DNA of 64,000 nucleotides, from NCBI GenBank assembly GCA_946965045.2, contig OX337241.1:2914001-2978000 (forward strand). Direction: 5' to 3'. Under the pieces are notes generated by a model. It ran no database searches, had not been told where the DNA came from, and was given only the letters and a program-made list of their open reading frames with translations. Of this stretch, positions 44,593-56,907 are shown one piece after another. Position numbers and translations under genes: made by a program. Each line of letters opens with the position of its first letter. Position 1 is the first letter of the stretch. Source of the stretch: Epithemia pelagica. Taxonomy: Eukaryota > Protista > Bacillariophyta.

Positions 44593-45813
44593 ATGAGCAC
44601 GACACTGAAAGAACAAGCATGGCAGTCGGGCCTTTTCTTATCGAAAGAGACAGCACAATGGAATGAAAATGATTGGCCTCCTCTCGAGGGTGGATGGCGC
44701 TGGCATCATGCTACGGTCGTCCTCGATCATCCCGATAAGAAGGACGACAACAACAAGGCGCAAACGGTCGTCGTGTTGGGTGGATATCAAGCAGGTCAGG
44801 GCAGTCTCGATTCCATTCTTGTATTGAACGTGGCAGCGCCGGACAAGCACTGGCGAGAAGGGCCATCAATGAACAAGAGTCGTCGAGGACATGCCGCTGT
44901 TGGGTGCAACGGAGGCGTCTACGTAATGGGAGGACGTCATCGAAATTCAATTTGGGATTGTATCGAAAGAATCGATTCCAATGATTTGCTTCGATCATCC
45001 TTAACAACCACCACCACGCAGGATAGTCATTGGACAACATTGACTTGTCGATTATCAACGGGACGGTTTGGATGTTGTGCTGCTGTGGTTCACAACCGAT
45101 ACATCGTTGTAATGGGTGGCTACAGCAATCGTTATTTGTCGTCGGTGGATTTTCTTGATACCAGGAATCACATTGTCACTGCTGGACTATCCATGACTGT
45201 TCCTCGATCTTTTTGTTCCAGTGCGGTCGTTGGCCACCGCATCTTTGTCGTTGGAGGCCATAATGAGCATGGCAATCTTGCCTCGGTGGAATATTTGGAC
45301 GACGCAACACAATGTGACAGTGTTGAGACAAAAATGGAAACTGATGGCTCGACGTTCATTTCTTTCTCACCCACCTGGACCACTCATTCGGAGCTGAGGC
45401 TTTCCAATGCACAAAGTCCTTGTGCAATGGTTCCCGTGGGATCTTGTCTGGTGGTGGCGGGAGGATGGAGAAATTCAACCGTGGAAGTTTTGGATTCGCA
45501 CCGCAACCTTGTGTGGAATCTCCCTGGACTGCAAGAAGATCGTTGGGGCTGCAGTATGGTATCTGTTGCCAATCAAGTTGCCGTGATTGGTGGATGGCGC
45601 ACTACTTCCTGTGCGACATTGCCACTAATGGATAGGAATTCGTGGTGTTTTCGTCGACTATGTGAGCACCAATCGAACGGATGGTATCATTCTCTTGAAA
45701 ATGCCGTTATCCGAAATGAAGATATCTCACCCTTCTTTACATCGACATCAACTCTTCAACGCGCAAGGTCCAATACTCACCGTGGTGATGAAGGGATGGA
45801 TGAAGCCTACTAG
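44593..45813 (+). CDS. Kelch-repeat protein K2
   Basis: 406-aa ORF, paralog of K1 (QAWQSGL...WNxxDWPPL, six GG motifs). Confidence 0.88.
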   Translation: MSTTLKEQAWQSGLFLSKETAQWNENDWPPLEGGWRWHHATVVLDHPDKKDDNNKAQTVVVLGGYQAGQGSLDSILVLNVAAPDKHWREGPSMNKSRRGHAAVGCNGGVYVMGGRHRNSIWDCIERIDSNDLLRSSLTTTTTQDSHWTTLTCRLSTGRFGCCAAVVHNRYIVVMGGYSNRYLSSVDFLDTRNHIVTAGLSMTVPRSFCSSAVVGHRIFVVGGHNEHGNLASVEYLDDATQCDSVETKMETDGSTFISFSPTWTTHSELRLSNAQSPCAMVPVGSCLVVAGGWRNSTVEVLDSHRNLVWNLPGLQEDRWGCSMVSVANQVAVIGGWRTTSCATLPLMDRNSWCFRRLCEHQSNGWYHSLENAVIRNEDISPFFTSTSTLQRARSNTHRGDEGMDEAY

Positions 45814-46069
45814 ACGTTTTGTTCTCAAGTCACTGACTTGTTTTCTATGTTCGATTGTAATCCTAGAACCTAGTAAGTGGTTTACTCAAAAGTTGAAAGA
45901 TTATGTTGCAAGATAGAATGTGCTCGTTTGTTGTCAAAGGCGGGGAAGGAAGACCAAATTTTTGTCTCTACATGTGGAAGAGCCACTGCCGTGGTCGTGC
46001 GGTCGTGAGACAAGAATCTGGGACTTTGTGGTGGCATCATGGCACTTTGCAGCACACAGAGTCATCATC

Positions 46070-46320
46070 CATGGATCAATTATTCTGATTTGGTTCTTTC
46101 CTATCCACGATGTTCTTGTGCAGTGATTGCTGTGGGATCCGGGCTGGTCGTGGCGGGACGACGACGCAATTCAACTGTGGAAACCTTTGGATACGCACCG
46201 GACCCGCGTGTGGAATCTCCCACCCTTTGGAAATCGCCTTGAACGCTCCGCGTCAAAATCAAAATCTAAATGAAGCACGACCAATACGCACTGTATTGAA
46301 AAAGGGAAGGATAATCCTGA
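46070..46320 (+). pseudogene. Kelch gene 3' fragment
   Basis: Reads WINYSDLVLSYPRCSCAVIAVGSGLVVAGRRRNSTVE, then after a frameshift DTHRTRVWNLPPFGNR, matching blades 5-6 of K1-K5. Confidence 0.75.
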
Positions 46321-46532
46321 ATTGTACTAAAGAATAAAATCACTCATGGAAATGCAGCGTCCGGCAGAACGTGACTTTTACGAAAAGACAAAGACTATCA
46401 AGAGGTGTGCTTTATGTTGAGTGTTTTGGTCGCTGTGTGAATTGCTTTGCTAGCCTTTACCAATCAGATTCAAGAGATGGTTTGGCAGAATTCGCTTTTT
46501 TTGGCTGGACTCCAAGAGTCACAAACTAATCA

Positions 46533-49500
46533 CTATGAATGTAGAGGACGTGCCTCATTCTTTTTTCTGACAGTTTGCTGAATATCACCAAGTTCAATCT
46601 TGTACCAAATCTCACCGTCTTCAAACTCACGGTACACAATCATGTACCAGGACTGTAGAAGGGGCGTCGCGATTTGCTGTGTCCGACTACACTCGACCGC
46701 AATCACACGACAATCTTCATACAGCCACGTGTGTGTTTGCGTACTCTTGCTGTCGTCGGTATTATTGTCATCGATGACTCGTACTTGATTCGTTTCTCCA
46801 ATCACGGTAAGAAGATCAAAGCAATATGCCCTCTCCACAAATCGAGACTAAACCTTCCATCGGCATGGGCATCGGTAATGAAACCCTTGTACCAATCGGG
46901 ACCTATGCAAGCTTGAGCAATCAAGCCGGATACCAACCGGGCGTCTCCCACGGATTGCATACCCATGCCATCAGTAATGAATATCGGAGATGGTGCCACA
47001 ATCCCTTGTATAGGTATGAACGGCAAAACCTTTGTTGTTCAACCATTCAAGAGAAATTGCGAGCAGTCGATGATGATACCTTGTCAATCGTCTCCAAAGC
47101 CGAACTCCCATCCAGAGTTGATTGAAGACGATTTGACTGGGGACGAGCCATGGAACAAGATGCGGACGACATTGAGAAAAGTGGGATTTGTGCTTTCGCA
47201 ATGAGAGATTGAATCGAGACTTGGTCCATGCCTTCATTGGCCGTCGTCAACATCCGTTCTTGCAGTTGAAGCAAGGTTGGTACGGCATGTCGATAGGCCG
47301 ATGCACACCAACCCGCCATTCCGACAACAACGGTCCCATGGTTGCGCGAAGCAACCGATCCAGCACGGAGTATATGGCTTTACTTTGCCTATTTGAAAAT
47401 TGCGAGAAGGAGGACAAAACGGGATGCCTGCTGTGCATGCGACGACTGTTATTGTTGTTTGGGTCTTGCTGGTAGATCGTCAAACATGATTTTTCTCGTC
47501 TTGCCGTGCTCCTTGATGAATGAGCAGAACGGCTCTTCTTGTTGTTGATGATTGGGTGTAACTCGTTGTTGTTGTTAGGTGCAGTCATCATCACTGTAGT
47601 GCAATCGAATAACTGTGTGGTCTTTGGTCCTTTCCACCACGAATCGCGAGTTGAGGCATCTCTTGATCCTGATACTTGTGTGGCTTGGTTCATGGTCTCG
47701 TGGTCGATGAATCCAACAAAAGGACGAAACGGGTGGATTCAAATGTCCGACGATGAGAGGAGCAGGGAGAGAATAATCACGACAATGCGAAACCATCTTG
47801 ATCCTATTGTCTGCTTCTCTTAAGGTTCTTGCTAGAAATTGACAAAGGGTTGACTTGTGCATGGAAGATGGGAGGATTGTGTCATGAGGGGATGCTGCTT
47901 CTATACTTTCCTCCTCCTCCTCTTTCGAAGAACGTGTCATCATTGCGCCTGAGCATGGACGTAGGGAAACCGAGTCTTGTACCTGTGGTGGTTGGTTGTT
48001 TATTGTTGTTGTGACAAGACATCTTTCGGGTCCTGTTGTGATGATTGATAATGGTGCTACGGCCACTGGTCGATGCTGGTGGAGGATTTCTTGTTGTCGT
48101 CATTTCAAGCAGCAACGGGATGGCAATATTCTTTGCATTGATTCTGGAGCAGCAAGAGCGGGGAACAGCCACACATTGGTGTCATTGGCAGGCAGAAACG
48201 TCTCTGTCGATATTCCTCGACACACAGGATGGCATCTCGATCAGTGCGAGCGCATTTCTTCTTCGAAATGCGAGCCCATGGAACAATATCGTGAATGAGA
48301 AAACAGGTTGGCACAAGATTTGGCAAGGGGCATCGACCATGGTGCAGACCGGAAGTGAAAGAGGAAAACCGGAAGCACCCCGCAGTCCATACGACACCAC
48401 TATTCTCTTCATTTTCTTTCTCCGCGCACCATCTATGATGTTCGAGAGCACAAATAATGCTGGTGAGATGACAGTCCTTTTGTTCTTGGATACACTCGGA
48501 GTGTTTCTTGGAATTGGCAACAGTTCTATCTGTTGTTGAAAAGATCGGATCATCTTGTTGTGGAAGATCATGGTCGTGCACCGCGCCAGAAACACCTTCA
48601 CGAAACAACGTCTAAGAAGGCACAGCGACTCGTTCGAAGGGTGGTCTCGGATTCGGCCAAGCATCAATTTGTGCGGTTGGGTCCTTGCATGATACATACC
48701 TGCAGTTCTCGAAACATGATCCTTGTCCATGTAGCTTCGTGACGACCCCCGTGTTGGTGGTTTATCATTGTGGTGCTGGTGGGCCGTGTTCAAAAATATA
48801 ACCAACTGGTCTTATTTTGTCCTGAACCACCAATCGTCAATGCTTCGATCGAAACCATTCATTCGTTACTATAGGCAATTACGCGAAGGAGGACAAAACC
48901 CTGGATGCCTGCTGTGCATGCGACAATTGTTGTTGTTCTTGTTGTTCGGGTCCTCTATATGTGGATCGGAAATCCTGATTTTTCTCTTCTTGTCGTGCTC
49001 CTCAACGAACAAGCAGGACGGTAGTTCTTGTTGATGTTTGGGTGTAACTGGTTGTAGTTGTTTTTGTGTTGTCGGCATCATCGTAGCACAATCGAATGAC
49101 TGTGTTACCATTGCTGCTTTCCCGCCACGAACCACGAGTTTCGACATCTGTTGGTCGTGCTCCTTGTGTGGCTTGGTTCATGGTCTCTTGTGGTCAATGA
49201 ATCTGACAAAAGGACGAAACGGGTGGATTCCAATGTCCGATGATGAGAGAAGCAGTACGACGAAAAACACGACAAGCGAAAACCTTGTGGACCTGATGTT
49301 GTCCGCTTCTCTGATGGTTCTTTTTTGGAAATCGAGCATGGTTGGTTGCTGCTTCTCTACATTCCTCGTCCGTCGTCTTGTGAAGAACGAATCATTATTG
49401 ATCGAGCAAAGATGGAATGGAACCATCAAGGGGAAGGAAGAAGTCTCTGGGACTGACGCAACTGGGTCGACAGCGGTTCCATTAAACTTGCTGCTGGTGC

Positions 49501-49576
49501 GATCTGCCGCATGTCGAAGCTGAAACCAGTCCATCAGCATTCTCTGATGTGAATTGAGACGCCAGGCACGAGACAA
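46533..49576 (-). pseudogene. Two tandem decayed members of an unidentified minus-strand gene family ('Z')
   Basis: Shared module (RT(I/L)READ, Q/N-rich stretch, FCPPSRN) at about 47400-47900 and 48880-49500, homologous to 59030-59600. Many stops and frameshifts. Confidence 0.5.
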
Positions 49577-49974
49577 TGCAATTCACATTCGTCAACAGTC
49601 CGAATGTACCCATAGTTGGAATCCAATCCATGATGTTTTGTTTGTATTTGGGCAAAAGATGTGTGTGTGGTGTTATGTACGTACCCGACAAAAGCACTGG
49701 CTCGAAGGCTTCCACGTGTAGTACTCATAAGCCTACGTCCGATCGCACAAGAATGTAAGGATGGGTCGCGTGTCGCGTCGTTTGTGTCGTCCTTTCTGTT
49801 TTTTAACCACTGTGTCACTAATCCTCATGATTCCCCCGCTGGGGATTACAGTATATACTCTTCTTTTTCCAGTCCACACCCATCCGAGCAGCCCACTGCA
49901 ATCTATTACACAGTCATCAGTGTGCTCCTTTGATCCTCATAAATGCGCTGCGGTCAACAAAAGGAAGACTGAGC

Positions 49975-51204
49975 ATGACTCTGAAAGAACAAGCATGGCA
50001 GTCGGGCCTTTTCCTTTCAGACGAGACAGCAGAATGGAATGAAAACGATTGGCCTCCTCTTCAGGGTGGATGGCGTTATCTTCATGCTACGGTCGCACTC
50101 GATCATCTCGACAAGGAACTCCACAACGACAACAACAAGGCACAAATTGTTGTCGTGTTGGGAGGAATTCAACAACGCCGAGGCTATGTGAATTCTATTC
50201 TTTTATTGAATCTGGCAGACCCAGACAAGCAATGGCGAGAAGGGCCACCCATGAACCAGAAACGTGCTGGACATGGCGCTGTTGTGTGCAACGGAGCCGT
50301 CTACGCCATGGGAGGTCGCACAGGAGGATACCGTGATGGAGCAAATTTGGACTGCATCGAACAAATTGATGCCAACGATCTATTACAATCATCTTTAACA
50401 ACAACCAGCATCACACATGAAAGCCATTATAGAACATTGACATGTCATTTATCAACGGGCCGATGTGGATGTTGTGCTGTTGTGGTCCAAAACCGATATA
50501 TCGTTGTAGTGGGTGGCTACAACGGTCGTTATTTGCCGTCGGTGGATATTATAGATACCAGCAATGACACTGTCACTGCAGGACCAAGCATGACTGTTCC
50601 ACGACAATGGTGTGCCAGTGCGGTCATTGGCCACCGCATCTTTGTCGTTGGAGGCCATGGCGAGCATGGTTTTCTTGACACTGTGGAATATTTGGACTGT
50701 GCAACACCGTGTGACAATCATGAGACAAAAAAGGAAACTGGTTCGACATTCATTTCCTTCTCGACCACTTGGATCACTCATTCCGAGTTGAGGCTTTCCA
50801 ATGCACAAAGTTCTTGTGCAATGGTTGCCGTTGGATCTTGTCTGGTGGTGGCGGGTGGACAAGGCCATTCAACCGTGGAAGTCTTGGATACGCGCCGCAA
50901 CCGCGTTTGGAATCTCCCACCATTGGATAATCACCGCGACGACTGCAGTCTAGTGACTGTTGCCAATCAAGTTGCCGTGATAAGTGGCTGGGGAAGTCCT
51001 ACCTGTGCGACATTACCACTACTGGACAAGCATACGTGGTGTTTTCAACGACTCTTTAACCAGCAGTTCAACATATGGTGTCTATTTCGGGAAGGAAGGA
51101 ATATCCAACATGCTGATAATTCGCCTTTCCCCACCTGGACATCAGATCGTAAACGAGCAAGGCCCCACACGCACCGTGGTGATGAATGGAAGGATGGAAC
51201 TTGA
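49975..51204 (+). CDS. Kelch-repeat protein K3
   Basis: 409 aa from ATG 49975, paralog of K1 with six GG motifs. Confidence 0.88.
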   Translation: MTLKEQAWQSGLFLSDETAEWNENDWPPLQGGWRYLHATVALDHLDKELHNDNNKAQIVVVLGGIQQRRGYVNSILLLNLADPDKQWREGPPMNQKRAGHGAVVCNGAVYAMGGRTGGYRDGANLDCIEQIDANDLLQSSLTTTSITHESHYRTLTCHLSTGRCGCCAVVVQNRYIVVVGGYNGRYLPSVDIIDTSNDTVTAGPSMTVPRQWCASAVIGHRIFVVGGHGEHGFLDTVEYLDCATPCDNHETKKETGSTFISFSTTWITHSELRLSNAQSSCAMVAVGSCLVVAGGQGHSTVEVLDTRRNRVWNLPPLDNHRDDCSLVTVANQVAVISGWGSPTCATLPLLDKHTWCFQRLFNQQFNIWCLFREGRNIQHADNSPFPTWTSDRKRARPHTHRGDEWKDGT

Positions 51205-54069
51205 AATTTGCAACACATTGCATATATGTGCTATTAACATTAGCGGAACTAAAACATTATCATTTTATTCTCAAACAGTTGTTGTATTGTTTTCTTCATG
51301 GCATTGCGAACTTTAGAGATATCATGTACACCCTTGTACTAGTAGAAAACGAAAGTTACACCATCCGGCATGACACCGCAAACAGGAGTGGAGCAAGGCC
51401 TTGGGTAAAGATGCCCATGGTACCATGCCTCTCTGCTCGTGAATGAGTCAAGATACCTTGCTGTGGAAGATTATGGTTTCGTGCCTGAAACACTAAGCGC
51501 AGCGACTCGTTTGGACGGTCGTCTTCGTTCCGACCATGCGTTCAATTGTGGGTTCCGGTCCTTTGATGGCGCATGCCTGCGTGAGAGGACAGTACCCCGT
51601 CTCTCGATGCTTGTGGGTTCGGGTGACAGGGCATTTGCGAATCATCCTTTGGAATTTGTGACACCGTCGTGTGTTCGATATTTTCACCAATACAGCAACT
51701 GTACTTTATCATGAGGTCAGCAATTTGCTTGCGTCAAACCAGCAATCAGTCTCTCCGAAGTGGCTCGTTGACAGTCCACGTGGATCCACAAGAACAATCG
51801 CAGTGTGCAAAGTTATGTCTTGCCCCTCAATGCCAGTTCCGCCGAAACCTTGTTGCACGATTACAACACTGTCGATCAGCAGTGTTGGACATTGACCACT
51901 ACATCGTTTGTGCCTCCTACAACACCCACACAACCACCACACGCGCCGATCATGTCTTGGCTGTCGTCTAACAGCAGTGTTGGACCTCGGTGACTACCAC
52001 AGTTGATTCTCGTACCAAACTCAGCAGTACCAACAACAAAACCACGACCACAAATGGCGCCGATCATGTCCTGGCTGTAGTCTACTAGAACTTGTTGTTG
52101 TTGTTGTTGTTCTTTTTCTTCTTCGTTGAATTCTGGTTCGTGTTGCTGCCTTGTCGTTCCACACCAACACCCAGCTTGAATCTTTGTATGTAGACTTGAA
52201 AGGGCGATGCGACCCTTTCCCAGAATTATTTCTTCACTCTTCACTACTCCAATCGGGCGCGTCGGAAGGGAGTTGAATAGCGTTCCGTACCCAAATCCCC
52301 GTCACCGTGGTCCGACTTTGAGCATTCGTTGCAAACATGATAGCTGTCGTTATATCCTGCACTCTTTTGTCTTGGTTGAGGATCATCCTGGATGCAAGTT
52401 GTATGCCATTCGCTGTCAAGCTAGATACTTTTTTGAGCCTCCACATTTTTATGTACCTCCAATGGGGCGACTTTGTGATCGATTCAGCAGGTCCTCATGG
52501 TATCATGTCGAGAAAGGGTCCACATAATTGGCGACCAGACTGCCATGCGGTGCCACAACACAAAGAGATTTGCGTGGTCTTGCTGTTGGGGTTGATACTG
52601 ATCCACTAATAGTCGGTCAATACTGGAGGAGGATTTTCGTTCCACGAAAGACATGTGGATGAGGAAGCATACCATCGTCCTAGTGCTCTTGTTGTTGTTG
52701 TTGTTGTTGTTTGTTGCACTTGACCTCCTGTTGCGAATCGAAAGCCAAGGTACGATTTCTAGCTTGTTGCGATGAAAGTTGTCGTTGAGTATGTTCATCT
52801 TGCTAGAGTCTTCTTTAGAGTCTTTCTCGACGGGAGATGTGAGAGCAAATCACAGCAGAAAACGCTGCCAGAAGGCGCGAAAACGACGGCGACAGACACA
52901 TTGTGGATTGTGGTATCTTTTCTTGTCGTTCGTTTCAATATGAATATTCCCCCAAACTGATGTGGAGTCCTCCTCCCCCAAAATCTTGAGTCCCTTCCAG
53001 ATCTTGGTCGCGGAATGAGGACAGGAATGGCTCGCAGGCGCGCCGACCGAGACGAACCCTGTCACTCTATCTCACAGGCGCGCCGACCGAGACGAGCAGT
53101 TCCACTCTTTCCTCTATTCGAAAAAGGAGAGGACAATTGACAATTGCTCTCGTCGCCAAGACGACCACTCTACAATAGAACCTACTGCCACACTCCATGG
53201 GAAACCATGGAATCGTTCGTTACGAGCAATTTATGAGACTCTGCCAGTGACGAGACATGTACTTCTCTTCTTCCTTTTCTTGGTGAAAGACTACGAAGAT
53301 TGTCGCAAGGAAAAAGACCAACCATATAAAGGCGCTTCGAATAAAATGGAACAAGGGAGAACAACAACGACCATTCCACAAAAGCGGTAGCACCGAGGAT
53401 GCAGAAACGTTGACGATGCGTCATTCCTCATCCACAAAACTCCCTCTGCAAGCTTGTCTGCCTCCAGGGTGCTGCCCAAGACCCACATTGATGCTGGTGG
53501 TGTACAATCGTTGTTGGTGAGACTCTCTCGATCATCCAAGTGACCCCTCCAGTTGTCATCTTCCCAAAAACTCCTAACGCTACATAAGCAACAAGAAAAG
53601 AACCCGAGCGACCCACCATGGGCCAATGCAAACATGGTGATAGCGAGTCCTCTTCTGATTTACCGCATTCATCCTCAGAAAGATCAGCAATGATGGGTAC
53701 ATGGAATCTCGTGTTTCGTGTAAACAACATCACCATCCCATGGGTCCCTCTGTAAGAAGAGTAGTTGTGGTTATTGAAAGCAGAGGCTCGACAACTAAGA
53801 TTGCAAAGAGATCCTCTAGTCACGAGCGCCCACGAAGAACGAAGAATCTATGGATGCAAAACACAGGGATAGAGAGAAATAGATCGGAGCCATATACATA
53901 CCAGTGGTTCTGTGTCGTTAATTTCGGTATCCAAAAACTTCTCCGAAAAGAATGCGTGATCTGTGACAAGAACAGTCACGATATTTCTCTATCCATCGAT
54001 TTCGGCAAGTCAGTCGTGCTTCCAGTCCGCACCTATCAGAATCACAGGAGCAAAGCAAACCTGTCCCGA

Positions 54070-54106
54070 TCCTCATAAATTCTGCAGTTAGTATTTTGGA
54101 ACAACC
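54070..54106 (+). promoter_or_regulatory. Conserved kelch-type leader/core-promoter motif TC(C/T)TCATAAAT...CTGC
   Basis: The same motif lies 25-30 nt before the ATG of K1 (40477-40487), K2 (44557-44567), K3 (49934-49944) and the PLD-nuclease gene (54070-54080). Its function as a promoter is inferred. Confidence 0.55.
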
Positions 54107-54877
54107 ATGAATGACTCGAATTTGGAACTAAACACCTCTCACTGGGAATACAACGCTCAGTACGAATGTCAAGGACAGAGCGGAACGGTGTGGGCAGGAG
54201 ACGACCATTTTGTGGATCAGTCATGGCTGCTAGGCGACGGCAAACAGAGTGGTGAGATGGCTGTTACCAATGATCGCCCGACCATACTTTATACATGCAT
54301 CCGCCACCCCTCTGGCCCAAACGCAGGCAAGTCGATAGCCCATGAGAACCATCCTTTTGTGGCGCTCGTTTATTTGCTCGCCGCGGAAGAGCCGAATTCT
54401 GAAGTATTTCTATCAGCGCCATTCTTATCGGACTTTGCTGTGATATATCAGCTCTGTCATTATGCGATGCCGACAGCTTCAAATCTAAAGATATTCATTG
54501 TTCTGGGACCATCTCCCTGGAATATTGAAAGTCTGCAGAATTTTGTCGGCACGTATGAAAATCGGCGCGTCGCTGTGGCTCGCCTCCGTATCAAGTTGTA
54601 CGGCAAAGATTCGGAATTTTTCCATTCCAAAGCGGTTGTTACCAGTGCTGGAGCTATGGTTGGATCTTACAACTATACCCAAGCTTCTCGGTTGAAACAC
54701 TACGAGCATGCTGTCTTATTTGATCCATCCTTCCTCCAGTACCAAGGCTTGCGAACCGAGCTCAGCCAGTTCTGGGATTCTTTGGATGTATCGGAGGTCA
54801 GCATTCCGAAAATGGATGAGCCACAGCAACAGAAAGCCGTTAGCAACCCATACAAGAAGAAGAAAGTGCAGAAGTAA
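54107..54877 (+). CDS. Single-HxK phospholipase D-superfamily (Nuc/BfiI/Zucchini-like) putative endonuclease
   Basis: 256-aa intronless ORF with FHSKAVVTS-x5-GSYNYT-x7-YEHAVL (HxK...GSxN...E signature), an upstream EVFLSAPFLSD PLD strand motif, and a C-terminal NPYKKKK basic patch. Confidence 0.75.
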   Translation: MNDSNLELNTSHWEYNAQYECQGQSGTVWAGDDHFVDQSWLLGDGKQSGEMAVTNDRPTILYTCIRHPSGPNAGKSIAHENHPFVALVYLLAAEEPNSEVFLSAPFLSDFAVIYQLCHYAMPTASNLKIFIVLGPSPWNIESLQNFVGTYENRRVAVARLRIKLYGKDSEFFHSKAVVTSAGAMVGSYNYTQASRLKHYEHAVLFDPSFLQYQGLRTELSQFWDSLDVSEVSIPKMDEPQQQKAVSNPYKKKKVQK

Positions 54878-55127
54878 AGATCTTCTTGAGTTTGATAATC
54901 CCTGATTTCTGCGGATTTAAGCCGCGTATTGTATTCGAGCAGGTGACCTAGTTTCCAAACTGCACCACGGCACACTCGTCGACTATACAGGTTTTGGGAA
55001 CAATTGCAGTTGCCGATTGTCCTAAAATAGGTTGCGGCTTTCGCTCGTCTCAACTAGGAAGAATTAAATATCGTGGTTCAAAGTAGTGTACCATAAAGTA
55101 ACAAACAAAGACAGCATGTTGCTCTCT

Positions 55128-56437
55128 TTATGTGAATGGGCACAGGGTGTCATTCTCGACAGTTACTGAATGGTTTGAGTTCAGGGGACCTGTCATGATC
55201 CGGATTACCCAGATAGAAGATCTTGGCTCTCGGCAGCCCATGTTTTTGGGCAAAGAGAACAAGTCGTAAGACGGACTGATGGAGAGCATCTTGTGCACAA
55301 GTTTCGGGTAGAACGGCCACCAAACTTCCCTCAGACTACTGGGACAGTAGTGCTCATCGACACTCCTTTGTGAATCCAAAATTCTGTTCTCGTGGCCGCA
55401 GATCCCCACCTATGACAATGACACGGTATGGTTGTGGAGTACAACACCCAAAGGTTGGACGAGTAAGACTTGTTTCCAAGAGAGACTGCGCGGATTCGGA
55501 CCAAGGCTTGGTGTAATCGTGAAGCAGAAAGCACACTTGCGTCACGTTGACTGAAGAAAAGTATTCTGATTGCCGTCGTTGCATAGACAAGGAGATTGCT
55601 TAGATCTTGTCGGGTGCTGTCAAACTATGGACCAAGCTCCAGGCCAATAAACACCAGAGAATCGATCGAGCCACGCTCAAACTGCAATGTTGCCGCCGCT
55701 GCAGCTGCTACCAGGCTTGGATTCACAGTCGATATCCATGTTCGCGATCGGTGTTTCATGTCACAGAACACACTGGCATTGGACAAGGCCACTCTGTGAT
55801 TGTCTTGTTCCTGTTCTTGCCGTTGTACTACCACCTCTGTTTCAGAAATTGCGGAACTGGATGTTTTTGGAATAGACCCACAGGAATGCAACTCCCGAAT
55901 CTGTCAGTCACATCCTGCAATTTCCAACGGCCTCTTTTGTTGCAACGGTGTATTTTCGTCATTAGTGGTTTGACACCGGCAATTTGACATATCCTGACAC
56001 ACAAAACTCTTGTACGTTATCGACGCCAGGTGCATCGAAGCGACGACTCATCCGGTCTAGTTTTTTCCTTCTTGAACTCTTGTGGTTTTCAATCGAGATG
56101 ACAACATCACCCATTGACAAATGTAGCACCGGTCCTGACACCCACCATTGGCGAACGGAGGCCCTTGAGCCCGTGCGATATGCGTCTGCCACAATCATTG
56201 GACGACATGCGCGAGCATTACTGACAACCGGCCAAGACGGCACGACACGGATTTGGCTCTCCCATAAAGATGATGATTGATGGAGTCGGTATCAATAATG
56301 ACATAAGGGACCAACCTTTGCGGTCCAACCACAGCCACGTGACATTCTCGAAAGCGGTCCAAAGAAGACGAATGCAGGCATCTGCTGTTAATGCAACACG
56401 GGAAGCGCGTCACAATGGGTTCCTTCTGGTCCATCAT
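55128..56437 (-). pseudogene. Decayed minus-strand gene sharing the MDQKE...RFxCC N-terminus with the 58500-60090 relic
   Basis: 56380-56650 is homologous to 60000-60350. The downstream part is unique and broken by many stops. Confidence 0.35.
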
Positions 56438-56907
56438 GTCGTGGCCTTGCTTCCTTCACTATATACCCGATGCATTCAAATCATTGGATCAAGAGTCAAG
56501 AGAGGACCACTCTCTCTGTTGTTGCTGTCGTTGTGAACAGACTGTATAGGACCAAGGAAAGAATGGTGTTCCACGAATGGCGTGGGACGAGATGACTTGG
56601 AAATTAGGGATTGTCGATCTGTGGATGTTGAATTACCAATCTGTGGACCAATGTATCATTCAAAAGGACCTCTTCATCACTATATTTGGTATCTCTCGCT
56701 CTCCCTTGTTTTGTGTCGTATCATATTAATGCAGCACAAAAGATACTTTTGGGGGCTTGTCATGAAATCTATGTGCGATTGATTCCCTTCACCATCGTAC
56801 GCAGGACAGGCACAACTTTCCTACTCTCTCTCTCCTCTACACGCAACAAAGCTCGCTGTCATTTCTCGTCGACGTTGTAACAGACGTCGTTGTAAAGCGC
56901 CGTGACC

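Noticed and set aside
47060-47180. Minus-strand RILFHGSSP resembling the PARP catalytic LFHG(S/T) motif
   Set aside because: Only a short match in a stop-interrupted frame, the downstream Y-G-x-G-x-Y motif is not convincing, and the coding strand and frame here are ambiguous.
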